DNA of 64,000 bases from Perkinsela sp. CCAP 1560/9. Its lineage: Eukaryota > Protista > Euglenozoa: Kinetoplastea. Under the pieces are notes generated by a model. That model searched no databases. It was not told where the DNA came from and saw only the letters and a list, made by a program, of their open reading frames with translations. This document shows, one piece after another, positions 10,948-22,547 of this stretch. The DNA is taken from the NCBI GenBank assembly GCA_965644495.1, contig CBFFSA010000043.1, positions 9,001 to 73,000 of the forward strand, in the 5' to 3' direction. A program made the position numbers and the translations under genes. Numbering within the stretch: position 1 is the stretch's first letter; each line of letters begins with the position of its first letter.

Positions 10948-11821
10948 CCTAAACCAAGGCTCGCGGATCCCGGCATGTTCGAAGGCTGAGGGTGCTGGTC
11001 TCGTCGACAGAGTCTATACTCACGCCTAGTCCGTCAGGGCTAGGTACCCCAAGTGAGGTAGTACACGGGTAGTGAATCTCCTCCCCGTCGGCCAGCATCC
11101 TGTTTCGCGACCGTGTCGCTGTCGACACAGGCCCGCGCCTGCGCCCTCCCGTATAACAAGGGAAGGGTCCACAAGTCAGGCCGTGGAGAGGTCGAAAGAC
11201 CCGGTCCGGAACGCGCGAATGGTTGAGGAGCCGCCTGCAGGCCGGGTGAGGCGAAGCTGAGGGTGACCTTACCCCCCCTGAAAAGTTGAAAAGTTGGGTA
11301 GGGGAAAGCAGGAAAGTAGGGAGAAAGGTGGGAAAAGTATGTCAAGAGGTGAGAAAGAGGAGAAAGAGAGAGAAAAATTTTCTTTATTTGCATAAAAACA
11401 AAAAAAAAAAAAAAAAAAACTTTTTTTCGCGTTTCGCGACCGTGTCGCTGTCGACACAGGCCCGCGCCTGCGCCCTCCCATATAGCAAGGGAAGGGTTCA
11501 CAAGTCAGGCCGTGGAGTGGTCGAAAGACCCGGTCCGGAACGCGCGAATGGATTGGGTCTGTATTGCTTGTTTTAGTTTTTACTGTTTCTTGTTTGTAGT
11601 ATATACTTAGGGGAGATTAAATTGCTAGTTTTGGGCTGAGAAAAAACAAAAGGTACATCTGTGGAAACAAAAAGAATTGCTAATTTGATTGCTTGTTTTC
11701 AACTCGTATACCCCCCCCAATGGACCTACTTGGTTCGTCTACTGGGTCAAAATATAGAGGCAATGCCGCGATTCATACTTCTCCCCCCTTATTAACTGCA
11801 AAAAAAAAAAAAAAAAAAAAA

Positions 11822-11870
11822 AAACTTTAACGATAAAGATACAGTTTCTGTACCTTGTTGTACCTTGTTG
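11822..11870 (+). other. SL exon copy with duplicated 3' decamer (TACCTTGTTG x2)
   Basis: Direct sequence match. Preceded by poly(A). Confidence 0.9.
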
Positions 11871-12351
11871 TTTTCTTCCATACACCATCTTCCAGACCAT
11901 GGGAGGGCACCCCCCTCAAATACACTCCTTTTTGTCGGCATCCCCCTTCCCCGTCTCGTCCCATCACCCCCCTGCGCCGCATCCCCCCACCTCACCCTCC
12001 CTCCGCAGTGCGCTTGCCCCCCTGTTGTGTTTCTCTCTCGCGTCCCCCACCCCCGTGTCAGCAGCCAAAAGTATACAATACTTGCTCACGGGGTGGGGGC
12101 AGAGTTCCTGGCAGATGGGCCCGTGCTTCGCCTCCTCTCGCCCCTGCGTCAGTCGCCCCGTGTCTCTCTCCGCGCTCTTCTCCCTCGGCGTGACGACGTC
12201 TTTGTGTTTCGTGGCCTCCACGTCTCCCACCCTCGTACGGCAACCAAAAGTATTTATTACTGCTAACGGGGTGGGAGCGGAGGTGCAGGACCATACGGGC
12301 CTGGGTGCATACGGGCCTTGTTGCTTTATTTTCTATTACTTTCTCACTTTC

Positions 12352-15300
12352 ATGGGCATGTTCACGCGGAGCCGGGCGAAAGAAACGGGAGTAGCACCCG
12401 TCGTACAGCCTCTACCTCCGACCCGTCGCAGGAAGAAAACAATTGAGGAGAAACCGCCTGAGGCTCCGTCCGAACCGAGCGCTTCTCCTTCGCCGCCCCC
12501 GCCGCCCCCGCCGCCCTCACCACCCACGACTTTGTCCACTGAAACTCCGTCTCTTCCATCGCCCGTCCCCGCCGCATCGCGGTCACCTACTTCACCGCCA
12601 CTTCCGCCGCCACTACCGCCGCCATCACCACCATCAACGCCATCTGAGTGTCCACAATCTCCTCCTCCGTCGATGCGTCGATCGCCGACCCCACTGCCGA
12701 AAAGTGACTGCAAAGTCACAATTAAGAACGCACTGCTGTCTTCAAATTTCTTCAATCGGCGAAACAAACAACTCAACCTTCTTCAGACAAGAGCTGACAA
12801 AGTGTCGCAAGACGAGAGCCCAACCATTCGTCACCCAGAAAGATGCATCAAAATAAGAACGAACACCGCTCGGAACACAGCATTTACGAACTGGAGCAAG
12901 GAACCAACGTACGCTCAGGCGGCCACCCCTCCACCAAAAGATCCCACTACTCTGGATGAACTCGTTTTACGACCGTTAAATCCGTCGGCCGTTGCCATGG
13001 ACAGTTACCGTAAGAAGGCTAAAGCTCTGCAGGATGCTATCATCCAAAAGGAAAACGAGCACAACAAGAGTACAAAGAACGTCCAGGAAAACGGACGCGT
13101 ACAAAACAACGAACCGATTCAGTACGGCGAAATTGCGCCCAACGGCGACGAAGGTTTCCGACCTGACACATCGAGCGAAATACAGGTAATTAGCACGACT
13201 CCGGGCCCCAAAACCAAGGAGTATGGAAGTAACACCGAGTTCTACGACTGCATCACGCCAGACACACAAGAAAAGGACAAACCAACCGAAACAACAAATC
13301 AAGTCATCAGCATACTTTATAGCGAAGGAAATCCGGAACAAGACAACCACATCGGTGGCATCATAAAATCGATAAATCCAGACACCGAATTCCCCATTCC
13401 TTTCGAGCGCATACAGAAGTCTTGTTCTTCAATAAAAAAAGGAACCAAATGCACAGTGGCGTGGACATTCGATAAACAAACCGCCTTGAACATCTCCGAA
13501 GGAACCGTAACACGATCCGCGAATCGGACCGGGGCGTCGAAACTACATTTGAGCTATAAAGGTCTGTTCGGCCATCGTGCAGAAGAAAGTTTTCCAGGTT
13601 TTCTTCCTCCGCAAGAAAATATCCGTGTATATCAGATCCGTTGGTACAGAGCTCCTCCAGCCATTGACGAGAACCTTCCTATTGAGACCCGCGAAGAAAC
13701 ACATGTTAAAAAGGCCAGAGCGCTTAAGCTGGACACAGGAGCTGAAGACGTAGACCATCTCCCAATTCCAACCGCGAAAACCATTAGTCCTGATTTTATC
13801 TCCAGTGTGATTGCCATATACAGGGACATCATGCACATCTATGCAGAAAGCGACTACGTACAAAGAAATCAAATTTGGAATAAAGTTTTGTCTGTGATAG
13901 TTTACGAGAGGAAATTTAGACGAGAAGAAATACGAATTTGAAAAGACTCCTTTTTCTCGAATGGCCCTACGAGGCACATAATCTCTGATTATGAATTCTA
14001 TTATATCTTTTAATATGATTTAAATTATAACTTTATGTAGATTGTGTATAGTTTTATAGCTTACATTCTCTTACAAGTTATTTTTTTTTTGGGGTGGTGG
14101 CTGCGTGCCAGGGGGCAAAGCCCCTTCACTACGTATTATAATTTTATATTATGCTTTTGAAATAGTTTGCGCGCTATATACATCCGGATAGTTGCATCAA
14201 TAATACGAATATTCTTTAGCTAGTAAATATAGGCAGTGGATGAGATTCAGGATATCAGCGATATATTTCTTTAGCTCTTACAACAATGTTTTCTTACAAG
14301 TTGTTTTTAATGTATGTGGAAGACTCTCGTCGTTGATTTCCAATGAAACTTTCATTAGCTTCCGTGCGTCAAGCCAATAGTAGACAACGGCGGCGAAGAC
14401 CCATACAACAAGAGACAGTTGAACACAATCAACCAGAAGACGAGTTTTTTCATGAGGACAAGCGAGCAATCAAACGGGCCACTCGTTTGGTGCTAGAAAA
14501 CTGTACATCGAAGGCTTCAAGGATTTTCGACTGTTCTTTTCAGAAGAGCACGTTGACTGATCAAGAAAAAGTCCAAAAACTACGTGCACTTCATCCAGAA
14601 CAAAACTGCAATTTCAAAGTTCCGGAAGATGCACCGATTATCGCAGGAATAGCCGTACAAGAATTAAGATGTGCAAGTAGACGACTGGCAAAAGGTGTGA
14701 GCCCTGGGCCTACAGGTACGACCGACAGCATCGTTAGACTTCTCATAGACGACGAGCCATGTTGCAATAGTCTTTGTCACATGATGAGCGATCTGATCAA
14801 CGGATTCCTATCTAGACAAGTTCTACAGCGTCTAAATCGGGCAAGACTCGTAGCCATCGACAAGCCCAACGGGGGAGTACGCCCAGTAGCTATTGGAGAA
14901 ATATTTAGCAAATTAGCTGGAATAATTCTGCTGCAAAGATACGAAAAGTCACTAGAACCCCTCTTTGCACCAATGCAACAAGGCGTATTCTCTCAAGCGG
15001 GGTGCGAACGAATCGTACACAAGTTGCGGGACCGCTGGCTTGACGGACACTCAATCCTGACTGTGGATATGCAAAATGCATTCAACTCACCCTCACGAGA
15101 GGAAATTGCAAAGTGCGTTTTTGCTTTCGCTACACTGAAACCCTTTCAAAGGTTCTTTGCGGCCGAATATTCAAATGCTTCCGAACTTTTATTTTATGGC
15201 TCCGATGGCAGCCTGACGGACATTATAATGATCTCAGCAGGTGTACGGCAAGGGTCCGCTCTGGCTAGTCTTTACTTTTGCGTATTCTGTCAACCAATAC

Positions 15301-16865
15301 TCGAGACACTGGCCTCCGAATTTCCAGGTATTGAAATAAATGCATACATTGACGATATAACGTTAGTCTCTCGAGATTCAACCGAACTGGAGAAAGCATT
15401 CTTTAGGCTCAAAGGTCTCCTAGAAGAAAAACAGGTGAAACTAGCCGAGGCAAAATGCGTTTGGTTCAGAGGAAAATCCGGAAATTCCATACCGAATTCG
15501 CTGAGCACCCAAGGTGTAAAGTCGGAGGACGAAGCGGTCAAAGTACTCGGAGCGTATATTGGAGAAAACAACACAATAAGTGAACGACTTTTGCGTCAAC
15601 TAGAGAAGCAGGTCACAGCTTTTCGGCGGCTAAAACGAATGGGCATCAATAATATATCGATGATTCTTTTAGCAAAATGTGCCAATGTTCGTCAACAATA
15701 CCTGATTCGTGTTCACCCGCCCGAAACAACAGAGAAAGCATCATCACAATTCGATCAAGAGGTTGAAAATGTGGTAGAGACTTGGATTGGTCCACTCTCT
15801 CCTGATCAAATGAAAATTGTACGATTACCCGTTAAGAAGGGAGGAATGGGTTTGGCAGCGAGCAGTCCCCTTAGGGAGACGGCATATGTGGCATCCCGCT
15901 ACTCGGTTCTTGAGCGCCGAAACTCTTTTTCAGCTCGGATCGACAACGCGGTGCCATCACACCCGTCTATTCCTAAGAACTCGACAATGAAAGTCATACC
16001 AGTGGACGAAAAAGCTTCCACCAGCATTCATCATGTCGAAGTATTGAAAAAGTTGCAAACGGATCCCGACATTAAGCCCATTCTACAAGCCACATCCTTC
16101 AAAGGAAACAGCGACTGGATCCTTTCCAACGCGAAGTACATCCCTTCCCATCTCTTCAAACTCGCGATTATGCCACGACTAAATGCCCAACACCCAGATC
16201 TACCTACCAGTCTATTGTGTCCAGGGTGCGGTATTCTCCTCAATAACCGAAACGCCCTCACCCATATCCCAGGCTGTGCTCAATGTTCAGGTATAAATAC
16301 GACCGTGAAACATAACTCACTTGTCGGATTTTTACATCGTCTATGCGTGAAAGCAGGCATCCCATGTGAAACGGAACCTAGAAACTTTTCTACGTGGAAG
16401 TGCATCGCTTGCCGATCCACAATCAGTCCGGAAAACCAGTTGGTACATCAGAAGACTTGTGCAGGAAAAAAACTTTGTCGGTCTGGCCCCGATCTCGTGA
16501 TCTATTGGAACACGGGTGCGGTCTTCTATGATCTGACAGTTATTCACGAACTCTCAATGTCTAATCGTGGAAAGAAATGCACACAGCTCATGAATGACGC
16601 GCTGCAGCGAAAGTCCAACACATATGTACGTACGAACTTAATTCGTGAAGACTCATTTCAATGTTTACCCGTACTGGCAGGAGGCGCTTTGCACCGCAAT
16701 ACGCAGAACTTGGTACACTCGCTAGCAGACGCGGCCATGCTAAACAGGAAACAGGTCGAACTCGAAATGAAGCTGACGATTCAGGAGCTTAATGGATTAG
16801 GGATTTATGCGCAGCTAAAGAAATACTTAGACGGCTGCACGCAAACTCAAGAATATAGTATATAA
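12352..16865 (+). mobile_element. Full-length family B CRE/SLACS-type element, ORF split by a 446-bp insertion
   Basis: ATG 12352 (MGMFTRSRAKE) follows an SL remnant CCTTGTTG (12316-12323). Removing 13895-14340 rejoins KVLS-A-MKLSL in frame. Motifs: RPVAIGE, DMQNAFN, GVRQGS, YIDD, CPGC..H..C, SGPDLVIYW..YDLTV. Confidence 0.9.
13895..14340 (+). mobile_element. TSD-less ~450-bp insertion, probable solo split-direct-repeat (A+B) of a TATE/DIRS-like element
   Basis: Starts TGATAGTTTACG..GAAATTTA and ends GTTGATTTC, like the copies at 20122, 22094, 36661, 40327 and 63483. Central GC hairpin GGGGC-AAA-GCCCC. Confidence 0.75.
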
Positions 16866-17572
16866 GTTCTAAACACAATATCACTATAAGCTGAGTCAGC
16901 TTATAAAATTATATAGATTTCATTTTCGGGATAGTTTCTCTTTGAAAATTGAGAGAAGGGGGGAAGGTGAACATGTCTCACATTTGATAGTAATCGGCGC
17001 GTATATAATATATGCGCTCCACGGGCTAAAAAAAAAAAAAAAAAAAAAAGCCGCGGAACGCGCGGATGGATTGGGCGTGGATTGCTTCCTTTTTTATTAT
17101 TATTGTTATCAGAATCATAAATAACTTAAGGCAGGTTGAATTACTAGTTTTGGGCTACAACATGGGAAATTGCTAATTTGATTGCTTGTTTACAAATCAT
17201 ATACCCCCCCCAATGGACCTTCATGGTTCATGTATTGGGTAATATAGAGGCAATGCCGCGTTTCATACTTCTCCCCCCTTATTAATCGCAAAAAAAAAAA
17301 AAAAAAAAAAAAGCCCACGACACATACTCAACAACATGGACGCGGATAAGACGGCCGAGCCGGAAATGGTTATACCCCGGCAGCCTCCCCACGTCCACGT
17401 GCGGACGGCCCTTTCGTTAGTCAGTGATTGGGTGCATGCGGATCGGTGAGTGGGGTAGGGAGTGAGGGAAGGGAAGTACGAGAGGGCTAAGAGGAGTAGG
17501 TGTGGAAAGTATGGGGAGTAAGGGAAAGTGAAGGGCCGTAAGTGTGGAAATTGTGGAAAAGTATTATTATTG

Positions 17573-19131
17573 ATATTATTGAAACTTTGGCTGCAGAATT
17601 CCCTGACATCACGATTGCTGCATACGTTGATGATATTAACCTCGCTTCCCACGACACGCAACTCTTAAGCAAAGCTTTTGTACGCCTAAAAGAACTGCTG
17701 GCAGCGGAAGATCTCCTTGTATCAACTGAGAAGTGCGTCTGGTTCAGCGGGGTAAACAAGGAGCCTTTACCTGATGACATCAGGGATGCAGGGGTGAGAA
17801 ATGAAGAAGATGCACTGAAAACACTCGGAGCTTTTATAGGAGATGATGATAAAGTTAGTGAGAAACTTTTAAGTACATTCAAAAAGCACGATGCAATTTT
17901 CAGGAGACTCAAGCTCATGGGAGCAAACAACGTGTCAACCCAATTGCTGTCAAAATGTGTAAACGTACGGCAAACTTATCACATGCGTGTACATAACCCA
18001 ACTGCGACTGAGGCATTAACGTTCAATTTTGACAATGCCATTGCGGAAGTTCTCACTTCGTGGTTTGGAAAGCTATCCGACGACCAGATTTCGCTACTTA
18101 GACTACCTGTAAAGAAAGGAGGCCTGGGTCTGACTGCGTGTCTACCTACCCGCAAAGCGGCATATGAATCTTCGAAATTCACAGTTCTTGAACGCCCAAA
18201 AACCAATTCAGTTCGGACTGGGGAATTCCAAGAAGCGAATGCCAACATGCATAAGGACGTACCAGTAGACGAATCAACGCAGGCGGCAGAGATACACGCG
18301 AAAACTTGGGTGCAACTCACGGAGTCGGAATCTCCCATGGCATCTATATTGCAAGCAACGACGCATAAAGGAAACTACGCATGGATCATGTCAAGCGCAC
18401 GGTTTGTGCCATCTCATCTATTCACTCTGGCACTTTTACCTAGGCTAGGTCTAACTCATCCGGAACTTCCACCCCGAATGTTATGCCCAGGATGCAAAGT
18501 TCTACTAACATCCGGTTCCATTCTGACGCACATAGCAGGCTGCACAAAATGCTCAGGGCTCAACGCAACCGTGAAACATAGCACGCTAGTGAATTTCCTC
18601 TATGAGTTAAGCTTGAAAGCTGGTATTCCTTGTGAGAAGGAACCGCGCCTATATTCAACGTATCGGTGCACGCAATGCAATGAAGTAGTCGGGCCGGAAT
18701 ACAGGCAGACACATAGTAAAGTGTGCGGAGGGAAATCTTTTCGCCGCTCTGGACCAGATCTCGTAATTTACTGGAATGATGGAGAAATATATTACGATTT
18801 CACCGTGGTACATGAATTAGCGCCTTCAAATTTGGGAACGAAATGCAATAAGCTATTCCGGGACGCCATCAAACGAAAACACGATACTTATGTCGCAACA
18901 AATAAAATCGCGAAAGAAAAATTCAGATGTATTCCCATCCTCTCTGGTGGATCCCTCCACTTCAATACGAAGTCGCTGTTAATGGCCCTCGCAGATGCGG
19001 GCAGCGTACCTCGACAGCAGCTTCAGCTTGAGCTACAACTTTTGCTACAGGAGCAAAATGGTGCCATACTATATTCACAACTTCGGAATTACCTTGAGAA
19101 GGACAAGGGGGCGCTCCAGTTCGCTATATAA
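17573..19131 (+). mobile_element. 5'-truncated family B copy
   Basis: YVDD, RLPVKKGGLG, CPGC..HIAGC, SGPDLVIYW. Poly(A) at 19211. Confidence 0.88.
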
Positions 19132-19419
19132 AGAGTTTCTAAAGAGGGGCAGAGCTTCTAAAGCCTGCAGTCAGGATAGATTTTTCAGAACTTGAGATAG
19201 TAATTGGCGCAAAAAAAAAAAAAAAATAGTGTATAAAAGTAAGATATTTTATTCATAAAAGGATTTTTTATATAGCAACGAGGAATTCTGCAAAAGAACG
19301 CCTGCGAAGGTATTGTCCAGTAAAAAAAAAAAAAAAAAAAGTTGGACTCCATACATAAAAAGTTAGACCCAATACTATTCCCCCCAATTATTTGCAAAAA
19401 AAAAAAAAAAAAAAAAAAA

Positions 19420-20105
19420 AAACTTTAACGATAAAGATACAGTTTCTGTACCTTGTTGAATTATTTCCCCTTTTCTTCCATACACCATCTTCCAGACCAT
19501 GGGAGGGCACCCCCCTCAAATACACTCCTTTTTGTCGGCATCCCCCTTCCCCGTCTCGTCCCATCACCCCCTGCGCCGCATCCCCCCACCTCACCCTCCC
19601 TCCGCAGTGCGCTTGCCCCCCTGTTGTGTTTCTCTCTCGCGTCCCCCACCCCCGTGTCAGCAGCCAAAAGTATACAATACTTGCTCACGGGGTGGGGGCA
19701 GAGTTCCTGGCAGATGGGCCCGTGCTTCGCCTCCTCTCGCCCCTGCGTCAGTCGCCCCGTGTCTCTCTCCGCGCTCTTCTCCCTCGGCGTGACGACGTCT
19801 TTGTGTTTCGTGGCCTCCACGTCTCCCACCCTCGTACGGCAACCAAAAGTATTTATTACTGCTAACGGGGTGGGAGCGGAGGTGCAGGACCATACGGGCC
19901 TGGGTGCATGCGGATCGGTGAGTGGGGTAGGGAGTGAGGGAAGAGAAGTACGAGAGGGCTAAGAGGAGTAGGTGTGGAAAGTATGGGGAGTAAGGGAAAG
20001 TGAAGGGCCGTAAGTGTGGAAATTGTGGAAAAGTTGGACTCCATACATAAAAAGTTAGACCCAATACTATTCCCCCCAATTATTTGCAAAAAAAAAAAAA
20101 AAAAA
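19420..20105 (+). mobile_element. SL-headed non-coding, non-autonomous retroposon (SINE-like, ~690 bp)
   Basis: SL exon 19420-19458, a C-rich body with two repeated hairpins, a purine-rich 3' part and poly(A). The 5' part recurs at 11871-12310, and 3' parts recur at 17430-17560 and 19341-19395. Confidence 0.75.
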
Positions 20106-20106
20106 G

Positions 20107-20558
20107 CTCGGCGTGGATTTCTAATAGTCCACGTTTTGAAATTTAGCCGAGGGGCTGTTATGTATTTGCCTGCTGGCCCTTCGGGGCACATAGTTTCTTC
20201 GAATTATGATTTGTATTCAGAATTTTACATGGGATGGGTATTTACTATTATCTTATATATCCTTGTTAGGTTGTTATTTTACTTCGCTTTAAGTTTTTGT
20301 GCCCACCCACCAAGCCCCCAGCCATTTGGCCGAGGGTTCCGGTGGGGGGGAATCCCGTTAACAACGTGACACATGATTATTTGTTTTATGCAGGCTTTCT
20401 TTTGAACTATGTTTGTGCATGTGAATTCTATCTATATATCGTATTATGTGTTCTTTCATTTTGGGACGATTTGGAAGTGTGATTATATTAGTCATAGGTA
20501 TTTGCTTATATTTGTTTGTTACTTATATGTTTCATGGAGCCCCCTCGGCGTGGATTTC
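20107..20558 (+). repeat. End of a split-direct-repeat element (15-bp B remnant + 437-bp A-B unit) abutting the TATE-like RT ORF
   Basis: Head-to-tail junction CTCGGCGTGGATTTC|TAATAGTCCACG at 20121/20122. The unit ends CTCGGCGTGGATTTC. Confidence 0.7.
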
Positions 20559-21750
20559 GCTTTTAAATTATGAACCGGAAGTTGCGCTGTATCACCCATC
20601 CAAATATCTACACAAAGCACATGATGCTATGGCAGTGAAGCGCGACTTCACTTGTGGTTTTTACCAAATTAGTATTCCCTTGAAGGCACGGCCGAGGTTT
20701 AGATTTCGATCGACATTGGGCGAAGTTTTCGAGATGAACGTTCTTCCCATGGGTCATCGCTGCGCACCAGAAATCATGCACACTGTTACCGCCGCAATTG
20801 CCGGCGAGAGGTCGGTGTGTCAGGAGCGTTTCTCGTTTCACAGAGGTGCCACTGACGTTTACGTCGACGGAGTTCGTTTTTCGGGGACAGCGAACGATGC
20901 CGTCGAATACGCTCGCTTTATTGACGAGCGGTGTTCCAAAGCAAACGGCCTCTTTAAAGACGCCGGACAGCCCCCTGCTTTGAAGTATGTTTTCAATGGG
21001 GTGGCTTTCGACCACGACACTCATACGGTCTGCCTGGGACCGAGAGTGGTCAGTAAACTGCAAAAAGACAAATTTCATAAATTGTCTTTTGGTGATCTTG
21101 AGGCGGCGGTGGGGCGTCTTCTGTATGGATCTGCAGTCTTGCGGCTCAATATGCCACGCTTTTATTTCGCGATGAAAGTCGCGCAGCGTAGGATCAACTT
21201 ATTAAATCGCTGTCCGTATTTGATCGACAAGCCAGTTGATCTTCCGGTAGTTACTCGTTCTACACTTACCGAATGGCGAAATGAATTGATATGCAATCTT
21301 CCCCGACCCCCGCCTCCTCATCCTGACACCGTTCCTCACCACCACAAGTTATACACGGATGCTTCTGCGAAGGGATGGGGGGCCATCATTTACCTTGATT
21401 CTGGGGAGGTATTAATTACTGGTGAGGCATGGCCGAAACATTTTAAGTATGAAGTGAATCGGGCCGAAGCGATGGCGGTCCGCTTAGCTATTAAAAAGTT
21501 TGCTATGCACTCCCCCAAAGGAACGTGCTTGGATATCTTCGTGGATAACACCTCCTGTAAGGCAGCGTTGAACAGGAGATTATCGAAGTCAGAAGGAGTG
21601 TCAAAGGAATTGAAAGAAATAATACGAGACACTGAGAAACGTGGGATTTGTGTCGAGGCGAGATATGTGTCTACGTTGAACAATCCGGCCGATCATATAA
21701 GTCGGGGTAAAGAAGTTGACATTAAACAGATTAAAAAGTGTGTGATGTAA
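20559..21750 (+). CDS. TATE/VIPER/DIRS-like reverse transcriptase-RNase H, 5'-truncated
   Basis: RDFTCGFYQI, LPMGHRCAPEIMHT and YVDG. DIRS-type RNase H: LYTDAS..GWG, NRAEAMAV, FVDNTS, NPADHISRG. Confidence 0.85.
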
Positions 21751-21864
21751 AGGGCACGATAATAGACCGGTCATCTATTATTGTGTTATCCTTCCCTAGT
21801 TATTTTCGAAAAAAAAAAAATTACTGTGTGTTTGGGAAAATATTGTGACGTGTGTGTGGGCAGG

Positions 21865-22547
21865 TAGCCGCCGGGTTTGGCGGGTGCAACCCGCTATCAT
21901 AGTGATATATTATAAATTTATATTGTTTGTTTTGAAAGGCCTATTTTGTCAAGATGATGTAGAAGCTACATACGTTTCAATTTGCTTTTCATGTATATGA
22001 TATGAATAGGTGAACTCATGTGAAAATAAATTATTATTTCATCTTTATAGTTATTTTCTTTTATGTCCTGTGCGGCCCCTCGGTGTGGATTTCTAGAAGT
22101 CTACGCATGGAAATTTAACCGAGGGGCTAATATCGGGTCAAATGCCCCGGAAGGGGGTTATAATTTTCATTGTTCTTTTCCCCGAAAGGGGGTTGTAATT
22201 GAATCATGTATAAAAGCTACAATATGTATTCTGAAAATTTACATATTTACTGATTACTTACTTGTAGAATCCTTTTCCTTTACGCGTTTTTTGTCCCACC
22301 CACCAAACCCCCATCCTATAGCCGCCGGGTTTGGCGGGTGCAACCCGCTAACATAGTGATATATTATAAATTTATATTGTTTGTTTTGAAAGGCCTATTT
22401 TGTCAAGATGATGTAGAAGCTACATACGTTTCAATTTGCTTTTCATGTATATGATATGAATAGGTGAACTCATGTGAAAATAAATTATTATTTCATCTTT
22501 ATAGTTATTTTCTTTTATGTCCTGTGCGGCCCCTCGGTGTGGATTTC
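21865..22547 (+). repeat. 3' split direct repeats (B1-A2-B2) of the TATE-like element
   Basis: 21865-22093 is repeated as the 3' half of 22094-22547. The whole 454-bp unit recurs at 36661-37114. Confidence 0.8.

Noticed and set aside
11899-12351. N-terminal 151 aa of the 680-aa ORF, and poly-Lys/poly-Phe or antisense short ORFs throughout
   Set aside because: These are read-through of non-coding SINE, UTR or poly(A) sequence, or shadows of the RT ORFs. The homologous start is MGMFTRS at 12352.
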